Assembly (NCBI RefSeq): GCF_036321535.1
Contig: NC_087447.1
Location: 52,764,001 to 52,828,000 of the forward strand
Reading direction: 5' to 3'
Source: Camelus dromedarius
Lineage: Eukaryota
DNA length: 64,000 nucleotides
In this document: piece by piece, positions 51,116 through 62,900 of the stretch
Numbering within the stretch: the first letter of the stretch is position 1
Layout of the letters: every line of letters starts with the position of its first letter
Position numbers and translations under genes: made by a program
The notes under the pieces: generated by a model
What the model was told of the DNA's origin: nothing
The model's input: only the letters and a program-made list of their open reading frames with translations
Database searches by the model: none

Positions 51116-51349
51116 GTGAACCTTTCCCACTTCCCTGCTGGCCTTGGAGTCTCAACCAAAGGCAAGTGATGGTGGCTGACTCCCTTGTTAGAGCCCTTGT
51201 TCTCATCCGGGCGGGTCTTCATTTACTTCCACAGTCAACAGGCACAACAAAGAAGTAAATTATACAGCGCACTGTGCCTTTAGCCTACCCACCCCCACCC
51301 TCAGATAATTCTTAACACAGCAGCCAGAGTGATCTTGATAAAAACTGTA

Positions 51350-51543
51350 AAACTACTACATATAAAACAGATAAACAAGTTTCTACTGTATAGCACAGGG
51401 AACTATGTCCAATAGCTTGCAGTAACCTACAATGCAAAAGAACATGAAGGCATATACGTATGTTCATGTATGACTGAAGCATTGTGCTGTGCACCAGAAA
51501 TTGACACAACATTGTAAACTGACTAGACTTCAGTAAAAAAAAA
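51350..51543 (+). mobile_element. Short young LINE-1 3' end
   Basis: ctgtatagcacagggaactat...caccagaaattgacacaacattgtaaactgact + A-tail. Confidence 0.9.
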
Positions 51544-51559
51544 TCATAAGACACAGTAT

Positions 51560-52140
51560 TTAACACCTTAGGAAGAAGAAAATATACAGCAGGGTGAGAG
51601 AGATGTGGAACACCGGGGGCACGGAGTGGGTCACCAATTCAGAAGGATCCACAGGGTGGCCTTGATGAGAAGGGCATGTAGGAGCAACAACCTGGAGGTG
51701 GGCAGCTAGCTATACAGATGTCCAGGGGAAAGGAGGGCACTCCAGGCAGAAGGCGCAGCCCCAGGCAGCAGTGGGCCTGACCCATTATAACATAGCAGGA
51801 GGTGGGGTCAGGGATGTAGGGGAGACGTGGCCAGGGGAGAGCGCTCTGCAGGTTGTGTGAGAACTATGACCTTTACTCTGAGGCAAATGGGGAGCCTTCA
51901 CCAATTTCTCAACAGAGGAGTGACATGTTCTGATTCACATCTTGCCGGGACCACTCTGGCTGCTGTGTGGACAATAATGTGCAAGGGCGCGAGGGTGGAA
52001 GCAGGGAGCCTAGGAAAGGAAGCCATGCTGTCCTCTGGGTACCAGAAGATGGGGCTCCAGCCGGGGGGTAAAAGGGCAGATGGTGAGAATAGCCAGGTTC
52101 TAGATGTATTTTGATTATGAGCCTAAGGTTTGGGAGATGG
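51560..52140 (-). mobile_element. L2 LINE fragment
   Basis: ctttactctgaggcaaatggggagcc...cagaggagtgacatgttctgatt...ccactctggctgctgtgtgga. Confidence 0.8.
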
Positions 52141-55100
52141 TGTGTTCGTATCTTTCTTCTTTCTTTCCCTCAAAGATACAGACACCATTACAGATCCAGG
52201 AAGCAAAATGTGGTCCAGATCAGCGCAAACAGCCCTATGACCATCTCCCCCAGTGTGGATGCAGTTCCACACACGCTGGCCAGGAGCTGGGGCACCAGTG
52301 GGGGATGTCTGCTCTGGGTTTCTCCAGTGATTCCCTGGTACAGCTGGTGAGTGACAACTCCCACATAAAACAGGAATGATGATAACCTCCCTCATCTAAC
52401 TCTCAGCAGACAGGAGGGAACTTAAACTGGGCTCAATCCTTCCCGAGGACCATTTAGCAACACATATGAAAAGCCATTAAAAAAAAAAAAAAAAGCATCA
52501 TCTTTGACCCAGCAATTTCAAGGAAAGAAATTGGGCTGAAGGAAATAAACAGACAAGCACATTAAAATATTGATCTCAGCATTATTGACAGCAGTAAAAA
52601 ACTGAAAGCAACAATAGGAAATTAGTTAAACAAATAATGATGTAACCGTATGATGGACGACCATGCAGCTATTTAAAGCCATTTTGGGGAGAAAACTGAA
52701 TGGTGTTGGGGGATGATCATGCTGTGTACAATCTGTTCTACATGGTCAGGGAGGGGCTAGGATTAGATGTAGTCAATACTGGAGAGAAAACCAAGATGTT
52801 GGGAAGAACTACCTCCATGTGGCAGGATTATGGGTTATTTCCATTTGTTCTCTGGCTTATTTCAGGTTTTCTAAATTCTCAGTTGTTTACATGTACTATT
52901 GGTGTAATCAGGAAAAAACACATTAAATAAAAACATGGCACATATTATAAAATTTTCAAAGGAATACTTATCCTAGCAATAAAAATCACTGCCTATTCCA
53001 CAATGTGCTGTGAGGCTTAGCGAGTTTGAGAAAATGAAAAAAGAGAGGATGGTATAATGCATGGAAGTGGACTCTTTCTGTGACACTATGATAATGATGA
53101 TAATGACCACTGTTCACCGTGTCTGCCGTCACAGGGCATCTGCCACTACTGAGGCCACCACAGTACCAACAAGGAGGTGCACAAATCTGATGGACTCTAC
53201 TCGCTCTGACACTCCACATGCGGCAGTCCTGAACTTGGGGAGATGAGAAGGAGGAAAAAGCAGAAGTAGGAAGGAAGATCAAGATCCAAAGTGGGCCTTG
53301 AATCAACAGCAGGAGCATCTCCTGGGAGCATGTGAGAAACACAGAATCTCACGCCCACACTCCCACCGACTGAAGCATTCTCACATCTGCACAAGTCCTC
53401 AGGTGGTGGCCATGCACGTTAAGTTCCAAAGGCCCTCTCCAGGACACAACATGTTTTCCCAGTTTGGGGTGGGTTTGAGATGAGCTCAAGTAGAAGGATT
53501 TCTCAAGCAAATATTAATTATCTAAAAGATGTACAAGTCACCCACACCATCCAGCAGTGCAGAGTCTCCAGGCCCTTGGTCAAGGTCAAGCCCCAGGCAC
53601 CAGCCCTGGAGAGTGACTACCACTGGATCAGCCTTTTATAGGAAGCGGACACCCATCAGGCATTCCCTGTCTACCCAGGAAATCCTGCGGCCTTGCGGGC
53701 TGGGTGGAGGGTTGTGCATGAATAGTTAATAGAGCTCTGCCCAGAAATGAACACAAAAGGAGCAAAACCAGGTCAAAGGAATATCACAACATCTCCAGGC
53801 AAGGGCTGGGTCTTTTCCAGCACTCAGAACAAAACTGTGTTGGAACCAGAGGGTGGGCTGAGCCAGGAGGCTACTTTTCTGACCCAGATGCCCCAGGTTG
53901 CCAGAAGGCCCAGGGAAGGGGTGGGAAAGAAGCCTTGATTACTTTAACTGTCATCCCATGGCTCAAATAAATTAGGTCACCCACCTCATACATAAATTAC
54001 TCAATGTGGAATCCCTTTACACTTCTTTGAAGAGGGGAGGGAACAAACGATAAGGCTCTACTCCCTGGACCATTTCTCAGTCATGGCTACCCCAGGGCAT
54101 CACCCAGAGAGCTTCGCAGAGCTGTGACCATCGGTCACAGGCGGAGCCATTGCGCAGCGCTCTGGGGTGGGGCTGGGGCTCTGGTTGTTGGTAAGAGTTC
54201 CCGGGTGATTCTAACACATAGCCAAGGCTGAGGTCCACTGTGCTGGGGCGCCATGCTGGACCTCAAAATCTAGCACCTAACAGCAGCTCAGAGAAGCAGC
54301 TAGAGAATGACTGTGACCAAGCCGGTGCAGTAGGGCAAAGGGACAGAGCTGGAATTGGAGCCAGTATCTTGCTGGTCTAAATCTAGAGCCCTTTGCTTTC
54401 TCCTCTTCTGCAGCCTCCTCCATCTTCAGAAGGCAAGGATGCCACAGGTCCTCTCAGAGTTTGACCTGTAAAAACCTGGAGTAGGTTTCTTTGGACCCTC
54501 CCAGGACCTCACCTTCCTCAGCCACCACCATCACACACGCACCTGCCCACTGCTGCACCATGATGACAGTTCAGTCAAGGAAGTAACCATCAGAGGACCA
54601 GGAGCTGAGTGGGCGAGGGGATGACAGGAGAAACAGCAATGCCAAGAGCCACCATTCACGCTGCCTGTCAGGCACGGCACCAGCTTCACAGATCCCACAT
54701 CGACCCTGTGAGGTAGACACTTCTATTTTCCATTTTATAAATGAGAAAAAAAAAAAAGTGAACTCAGAGAAGTAACTTACTTGACTTCATACAGCTACCA
54801 GGTGACAAACAGAGACTTCAACCCCAGATCTTGCCTTCTCTGGCCCAGGACTCAGATCTGCCAGGTGATGGTGGGAGCTTGCCAGCCTGGGCCAGAGAAG
54901 GCACAGGGCTCAGATCTGCCAGGTGTCAGTGGGTGAGGCCCCAGCACTGCCATTCACAAACCCATGTGACAGGGGTCCTGTCATGAAACCACCCCACTCC
55001 CCAGCTTTCATCAGGAAAACGGGGATCCCACCAACCTCCAGAGAACATCGTGGGGCATAAACGAGCTTATGCTCTAGACGGCACCGCGCACCAGGCCCTG

Positions 55101-56500
55101 AAGTCACCGGCGTCATGACTTACCTGTGTGTGCCAGATGTTCTCCTGAAGGGAACACTTAATCCTCACAGCCAGGTGATAGGAGATGGCATCTACTGCTT
55201 CCCTGATTTTACAGATGAGGACCTGGAGGCCCAGAGGGTTGCCTCAGGTCACGGGGCAAGGTGGTGAAGGTCAGGGTCAGACCCAGTTCTTTCGGGCTCC
55301 AAAGCTAACTTTCTTCCCAATACTCCTTGCTACTTAATCTGCATCACCTCTGAGTGCACAGGCATCGAAACTGACTTCAACAGCCATAAAGAGAAATTCA
55401 GGTTGCACACTAGCAAGTACAGCCTGGTCTTGAGGATAGACAATCACTAGGTAGGACAAGCCAGAAACTCCTAACTGCGGGAAAGGACAGGTTAGGAACA
55501 GCTGGAGGTCTCTGCCCACACAGCACAGTGGGGTGCATGGGGCTTCCGTGGGGCCTGAGGTTACTAACCTTTATGGGTTAGTTCAGTTAAAAACAAAAGG
55601 GAAAACAAAATAAAAAAAGAGCACAGAATTTAGAGGAAAAAGCAAAAATGATTCTCTCAAAATCATCAAAAATTCTGTTAATTCACAGCTTACTACCTTT
55701 AGTACTTTGTCTATTTCTTTTACTCTTGCTTCAACAAATGTCTGCTTTGAAAAATATATTTGGGATTTAATAGAAAAATATATTTGGGATCTAATAGTAT
55801 AGTGTTTAGTATTTTTTTTTTAAACATCAAGTTTATTGTGGCATTTTTCCCATGTCACAAAAGACAGGTCAAAACCAACATTTAATTTTTCTATGATACC
55901 CCACTGTTTGGCTCTGCCATATTTTACTTATTCAACCCCATTGTTTTTCTTTCTTTTTTTCACTATTATAAATAACACTGCAATGAACATTTTTATTCTT
56001 ACATCTTTTCTGCCCATCTCCGATTATTTTCTTTGGCTAGATTCCTAGAACTGGAATACTGGAATAAAGAGAGTAAGTGTTTCCAGGACTACTGACAGTT
56101 ATTGCCAAATTGCTTTCCTAAAAGGGCGTGTTAATTTGCATTTCCACCAGCAGCAAAGAAGAGTACCTGTCTCCCAGCTCCCTCCCCAGAATCCAACAGT
56201 GTCTTAGAAATAATCTTGGCTAATAAGTGAAAAACAGTAGCATGAATCTGCAAAGAGACACAGAGCATTTAAGTAACTCTACCTCTAGCCATATAACCAG
56301 TATGTGGATGAACTGGGATTTGAATTGAAGTCACTGAGCTCCAGGGGCTGGGTCCCTAACCACCACCCCAAAGCACTCAGCCACGGGCTCCTGTCGTGCA
56401 ATGGCTGTCAAATATCAGGTATTGCTTTAGGACATTTCACATGAGCTCCACGAGAGCAAGGACCTCTCCATTAGTCTTTGATTATCCCAAGCTTCTAGAC

Positions 56501-56694
56501 CAACACTGTCTCACAGAACTTGCCGCGATGATAGAAACGTTCTACACTTGGGCTGCCTGATATGGTGGCCATTATCCTCTCTTGAGGGCTTGAAATCTGG
56601 CTAGTGCAACTGAGGACATGAATTAGTAATGTGACCTAATTTTAATTAAACTTAATTCAAATTGTGACTAGTGACCACCATATTGCACAGCACA
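56501..56694. mobile_element. MER3 hAT-Charlie MITE
   Basis: caacactgtc..agaact..gcgatgatagaaacgttcta...ctagtgaccaccatattgcacagcacag, flanked by ttctagac/ctctggag (NTCTAGAN-like target). Confidence 0.82.
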
Positions 56695-57764
56695 GCTCTG
56701 GAGTATGCAGCGCATCTTCCAATAAATATCTATTAGATGACAAATTCATGGATCTCCTAATTCCACCTACCTCCACCATCCTTCCTGCAAGGCGGGAGTT
56801 TGCCTCTTCTACCCTCATCTCTGCGTGTCCATTTATTTTCTCAAATGCAGTTAATGCTTTTTATCTACCATGTGGGGGTGATGTGAAGACGAGCTAATTA
56901 ATGTTTGCAAAGAGCTGCATTGCTGACTGGTTCTCGGAATAATTGCACGTTAATAAAACATTTAAACCCCCAATGCTCATCCAGAGGCCAAAGCAGAGCT
57001 GGTTTCTCTGATTCACCCTGAACCAGATCCTTCCACTGCGGACCTCATCCAGGAAAGGTCCTTTTATTTGAAAGGTTCCACCAATCTGAAGAAATTGAAA
57101 TTTACCTTTGCAATGGTTTAGATGTCACAGTTTGATGAGTAAATTAATAATACAAACAAGATTGGGGAGGGCGGATATTTAACCAACTTGAACAAATTGC
57201 TTTTAAGCTCTTAAGCACTTTAATTGCTTGCATGATAATGATGGAAATTTTTAAATGTCTCGATCCACTCTTCAAGTAGGCCCAGTAAAAGCACCTCTAA
57301 AGGGAAACACTTCGCTAAGCTCTCAGTTTTAATTACATGGCATTCTAGAAAGTACAAAATTGCCATTCTAAGAAAAAAGACAAGGATTAGGGGTCAGAGA
57401 GGTGTATGATTAAATGCTGGTCCTTGGTGTGTGCCCCTGGGTGGATGGCTTGCCTGACTGAGCCTCAGTTTCCCCATCTAGAACATGGGGATAATAGTAG
57501 CTACACGACACACAGAAGGCACGCAGTACCTGTCTGCTTTGCCTTTTGCCCCATTCTTCCACTTCCTGGACAACCACTGGATGGGAGGACCCACAACGTC
57601 CCTCCCAACTCTGCCTGCCAAAATGAAGATGCCAATTCTGAAAAGCCAAAAGGAAAGAACAGACACGTCCTTTCACAATCCCCAGCTACAAGTAGAAGAC
57701 ATCTCTTCTTGACATCTGGTGGCCATTATTATTACTTTCTATAATAATGTCAGAGCAAGAAGGA

Positions 57765-57940
57765 GGTCCCCAAGTGGGACCACAGACCAGCAGCAAAGTA
57801 TCCCCTGACAGCGTGTCAGAAATGCAGGGTCTTGGGCGCCAAGAATCTTCAGGACTTCTCTAGATGTACTGAATTAGAACCTGCATTTTAACAAGATCCT
57901 TGGGTCACGTGTGTTCATATCAAAGTTTGAGAAGCACTAC
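57765..57940. mobile_element. MER5A/B-family MITE (further copies ~53290-53440 and ~54075-54240)
   Basis: accagcagca...agaaatgcag...gaattagaacctgcattttaacaagatcc...aaagtttgagaagcact. Confidence 0.8.
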
Positions 57941-58977
57941 CTTATAAAACATCAAATCCACTTTCCTCTCCCAACCGAATTTTCTAGAGAGGGAAACTGA
58001 TTCCAGAAATGGGCAATGTTTCACCCAAGCCATATATATAAGCTCCAGCCCTTTAGTTTGACTTTCAAAGGGTTCAAAGACTTGACTTTTAAAATTAACA
58101 ATCGTTCCGCAGCAGTAAAACTGTCTCTTTCTGAGACAAACATTCTTAAAACCTAAGGTTCTTGAAGATTATGATGACTTACCAGTTGCATCTGATGAAC
58201 TCCCACTGTGGACCCAGACTACAGGGCTACCCTCTGACGGCAGAGTATATGCAGGGCTCGGGGGACAGGCAGTAGGGGATGGAGGGCACACCTGCTCTTG
58301 AGACCCTGCTCCATTTATGTCGTTCTCTTTTTGTTTTCCAAATGAAAGAAAATCCATGATTCGACATTCAGAAGATGACCAAGGACAAAAATATTCTCTC
58401 CCCTTCCCTAGTGAAACCGGAGTGGTGTCAGTATCAAAGGCAGCATCTAAACACTTGTCAGAATTCAGAGTCTGTGACCAGCAAAGCGGGTTTCCTTTAT
58501 GGTGACCGCACCATCAAACAACCCTGAGGTGACCTCTCCATCCAATCTAAAGGAGCTCCTAATGTCACCCGCTGAGCCTGGGGACACCTTGGAAATGGGA
58601 GGACCGGACTTCCCCCACTGGCTCCACTGAATTCTTTGTCAGATGACGAGTCATGTAACCACAGGGAACACATCTTTTCTGGGTCACAGAAATCTGACAC
58701 GTGCAAGAGGAATACTGACAAATACGTCCTCAGATTGAACTGGCCCCTGCAAGGACGGGACAAGAGCAGGCCCAATTACTTCCACTTTGGAAACTGCATG
58801 TAGGGCTGTTAATTCTTTTTTTTTTTTTTTTTTTTAATTGTGCCCAGGGACCCTGAAGAGAGACAGTTGGGCTGATTTTCCCAATAAAATGCCATGCAGT
58901 GGGGGTGGGGGAGGACAAGCTTACTGTGGGGTAGTTTCCTATGTAACTTTGTAAACTTTCCTTAGGCCTCTGAACCT

Positions 58978-59057
58978 AAAAAAAAAAAGAAAGAAAGAAA
59001 GAATAAGGGTTGGGAAGAGAAGGAAGAAGGAAGGAAGAAAGAAAAGAAAGAAAAGGG
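58978..59057 (+). repeat. A/(GAAA)/(GGAA) purine-rich low-complexity tract
   Basis: aaaaaaaaaaagaaagaaagaaag...ggaagagaaggaagaaggaaggaagaaagaaaagaaagaaaaggg. Confidence 0.9.
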
Positions 59058-61733
59058 CAGGTAAGGGGTAATCCCCTGCCTCAGCAAATGCTGAAACGAC
59101 ACACACTTCTCTGGGGAACTGTTTTGTCATTCACCATGGAGCCGGCCCCACCTACAACACAGAGACACGTAATTTCCATATTTCAACTCCACTGCTGGCT
59201 GATGTGCTACAGAGAGCAATGATTCGCAGACAGCCAGGGAAGAAAAATGTTCTTGGAGAAAGAGTTTGCCCATCAGTTTAGCAGGACAGCTCAAAGTGAC
59301 GCAAACCCCCTGCTCCTTCCACTACCTGGGCTCCCAAGCCTGCAAGGGCCTGCAAAGTAAACAGCTATATTCTGGTTAAAAAGATGAAGTAGAAATCACA
59401 GTGCACCCTACTGCTTCTCACGTGTGACAGAAATCACAGCATAGCCTATGCCTTTGACTTTACAATCTTGCTTTCTAGGAATTTATCTTAAGGAAATACG
59501 AAAATTGCACTGTGTATACAAGAATACTTACTGCAGCTTTGTTATAATAATAATAAAAAAAAAACCAGAAGGTTAAAATTTGAGTAGTTAACTAAAGTAC
59601 GCCATGTTCAGACACTGGGGTTCTAGCTGGCCATTAAAAATGTTGCCGTAGGGGGAAAAGTTATAGCATGGAAGGATTCATCATCAAAGGAAAATAAGCA
59701 TTCAAAATGTAACTACGCTCTCGTTTCTACATTCATAAAGAAAAGTCACAAGGTACAACCCAAAATGTGGTGAAACGTTTGCTTTTTCTCTATATCATCT
59801 TACTTTGTTACAGTGAACATATATTACTCTGGTAGTTAGAATAAAGACAATAAAAGTTAGGGGAAAAACTGTGACAAAGTAATAAATATATAACCCACAG
59901 AGGACTAAGCACCTACATTTACAGTTTCATCAGAAGCCTTCCTTATGGAAAACTATAAATTCAGGGATCTATGTATGCTTGGTTCCCTGGGAACTGGGGC
60001 ATGTGTTACTTTCAGTGTGGCCCCCATAGCAGTCTGCCAACGCAAAGCAAAGACGGAGTGGTTCAGCTTTCAGTTACAATAAAGCCAGGCTGATAGACCA
60101 TGTAAGAAGGCAGGTAAAAATCGGCCCCTTAGATCTGAAATTGATGTTGATTTACCCTGCTAGGCTCTTGGAATGCAATCAGCAAGGTGGTGATTTAAAT
60201 CCCACTGTTCTCTTGTTTCACTTTTTACATTTATGGATGTGGGAGAATGCACTGGGACAGGAACAGCAGAAGGGTTGGGGTGCAGGCAGAGGAGCTGTGT
60301 ATTAGAACCAGACAGGCAGCTAAGTATCAGGTGAGGGTCTGTGCCACATGCTTATTAGGTCTCATTTTCCTTCATGTCATGTGAAGAGTGTTTGTGGGCT
60401 TCTCACACTGAGCCCCTTGCTTGTGTTACCCGGAGATACCTTAAATTCCTAATCACCTTCTTTCCCAAATTTGTGACTTCTGATCTGGAAATATCAGGTT
60501 ATGTAACACACCAATCTGCACGAGAATATAATTGTCGGAAAAAAAAAAGGACTCAATGAGGGAGAAATTCTAACAAAACTGGAAATGACTTTTCTAAGAA
60601 AAGAGAAGATATTTTCGTTTCAAGCATTTGAGCCGGTTTTAAATAGCCTGTGGATGCGATACTGCTGGTTCTTCTGTGGCTGTTGAGTTCCCTTCCCTAC
60701 CCCCATCCTCAAATGCACCATGTTGGAAAGGGATAAAGGAGGTGGGAGGGAATGCTCATCTGTGACTGGCCTGCAGTGTGTCAGAGGTTTTATGGGCCTT
60801 AATCCTTTCAGTGTTGTAAACTGGACAATATCTTCCCATTTTATGGACAAGAGAACTGAAGTTTCAAAGGTAACTTGCCAAAGGCCACTTAGCCATGACT
60901 CTCATCCAGGAAGTTAAGGGGTTAAAGTCACATCCCATCAATTTACTGCCACAAAACCACAGAGGGTGGGGGAGACTCTACCATATAGAGACAGGTCTAT
61001 GGGAGGAGAGCCTTTGGAGATCCCAAACACCCTCTCCTAAAATACAGTCTTCTATTGCAATACCTGTTCCTAGGGAGCTCACTACCTCATATTTCAGATC
61101 ATTTCATTCGCTGTAGAACTGTCTTCTGACGATTCTTCTTTAGGCTGCACTCCTTCTGCCCCCTGGGCCCCACATTGAACAAGGCTGACCTTTCTTCCCC
61201 CACAATCCATTAGGATGGCTCACTGGCCCACTGCCCCCATTCCACTCTTCCTGCCCCTGTGCCCAAAAGACAGGCCTTGATAACAGGATACTGACAGATG
61301 AATCCGAGAGATTTCTCTCTAAAACTGAACCTCTCCATCCCTGACAACTTCCCCACCCTAGAAGGTGGCAAACTGACACACCAACCTGCACCCTGCCCTC
61401 ACTCAAAGACAGTGCTGAGAATAAAACCTTTCCTTAACTAGTCCCCTAAAAGTATAAGAATATCTATGTCCTAAGTCTTGAGCAACCTGGCGATGTCCAA
61501 ATCTCCTAACATTCGCAAGGATCTGCTACACGGAAAGCACAGCCTAGAGGAGACACACTTTCACCCCAGGAAATCAGCTCTGACTGGTCCAACTCCACCA
61601 GGTGAAAGGCTTTCCTTTCCTCAGCCTCATCAGAGAAAAGATTCTTTCTCAACGTTTTGTTACAACGCCTACAAAGAGAGGAATCTCATTTTTGCAGTAT
61701 GCCTGGCCACGCCGCACACCACCCACCTCACAA

Positions 61734-61755
61734 GCGCGTGCGCGCACGGACACAC

Positions 61756-61789
<34 letters not shown>
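61734..61789 (+). repeat. (CG)-rich/(CA)n microsatellite at CpG island edge
   Basis: gcgcgtgcgcgcacggacacacggacacacacacacacacacacacacacacacac. Confidence 0.9.
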
Positions 61790-61793
<4 letters not shown>

Positions 61794-62418
61794 TTCCACC
61801 GCCACCACCTGTGAAAACATCTCTCATAACTTTGGCGAAGAGAGCTCCAGGCAAAGCTGAGCGGCAGGGCGCCGGAGCGCGCCAGGGGTGGAGAGGATGG
61901 GGGGCCGTGTCGGAGAGGGGAGGGACGCGAGGCCGGGACTCCGCGCCGCGCTGGGGGCCGGAACTTGGCCTGGAACGCGGCGGTCTCCGCTCTGGTTTCC
62001 CGCCCTGGCCCCGCCCACCCGGTGGCCCCGCTCGCGCGGACTGCGGCTCTCCCCGCCGAGAAGCCCCCAGCCCGGGACAACGTGCAGACGCCGGCGGGGA
62101 GCGCGAAGGGGTCTCGACCCCCGCAACCCACCCAGGACTTCCGAAGGTGGCCAGAGGTCGGCAGGGAGAAGGGTCGCGCGGGGCCAGCGCCTAGGAGGAG
62201 GGCAGGAATGCGCCGCCCCTGAGCGCCGGGAAACAGGTTGCTGCCGAGCTCTGTCCCCTCCCCGCGGCCGCCCCGCCGCGACCCGATTCCTGCCCTGCCC
62301 CGGGACCAAACCCAGCCTCTCGGAGCCCTCCTTCCCCGACCCCTGCGGCCCGGCCAGAGCCCCGCAGGCAGCGGGTTAAAGGCGCCTTCAGCAAGGTCAA
62401 GGCGAGGCCGGCCGGTAC

Positions 62419-62900
62419 CTGGGGATTTTTCCCATCTGAGCACAAGATTTGCAATCGCATTGTTAAGGATCATGGCAGCGGCAAGAAATCCGAACGGCCC
62501 CCACAGGTCTTCGAGAGGGAGGGTTTATTTTACAGCGCGGAACACACTCAGACAACCCCGGGATTTTGGGGTGGGGTGTGGATGCTGGATTTCAGGACGA
62601 TGGAATGTGGTAAAAACAAAACATTCCCCACCAGTGTCGCCGCCACCCCCTGACCTCGGGCGGGGGGGTGGGGTGGGGAGCTCAGGGCCACTGTGCCCTA
62701 GACTACTGCGTTCCGCAAGGCATTCCAGGTCTGGGGTGGTTTATCCCTCTACAGGCAAAAAACAAGATTTAAAAACATTCTACTACTGTGGTTTCTCTAC
62801 CAGAGACCATCAATGTGCTGCTGCTGGCGGCGGCGGCGAAGAGAAGCAGCGAGATGAGAATAAACGCCAAAAGAAGCAAACTGCCGTCCGCGTAGCAGAG
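62419..62900 (-). other. Probable first exon of an unidentified large minus-strand gene (5' boundary approximate)
   Basis: Lower-GC UTR-like block inside the CpG island ending in donor CAG|GTACCG (GT 62418-62417), followed by typical GC-rich intron-1 sequence; (GCC)n run at ~62826-62838. Confidence 0.6.

Noticed and set aside
62419..62900. Assigning a gene symbol to the host gene
   Set aside because: Architecture (non-coding first exons, long MIR-rich introns) fits many genes; no coding exon is in the window and I cannot recognise the UTR sequence with confidence
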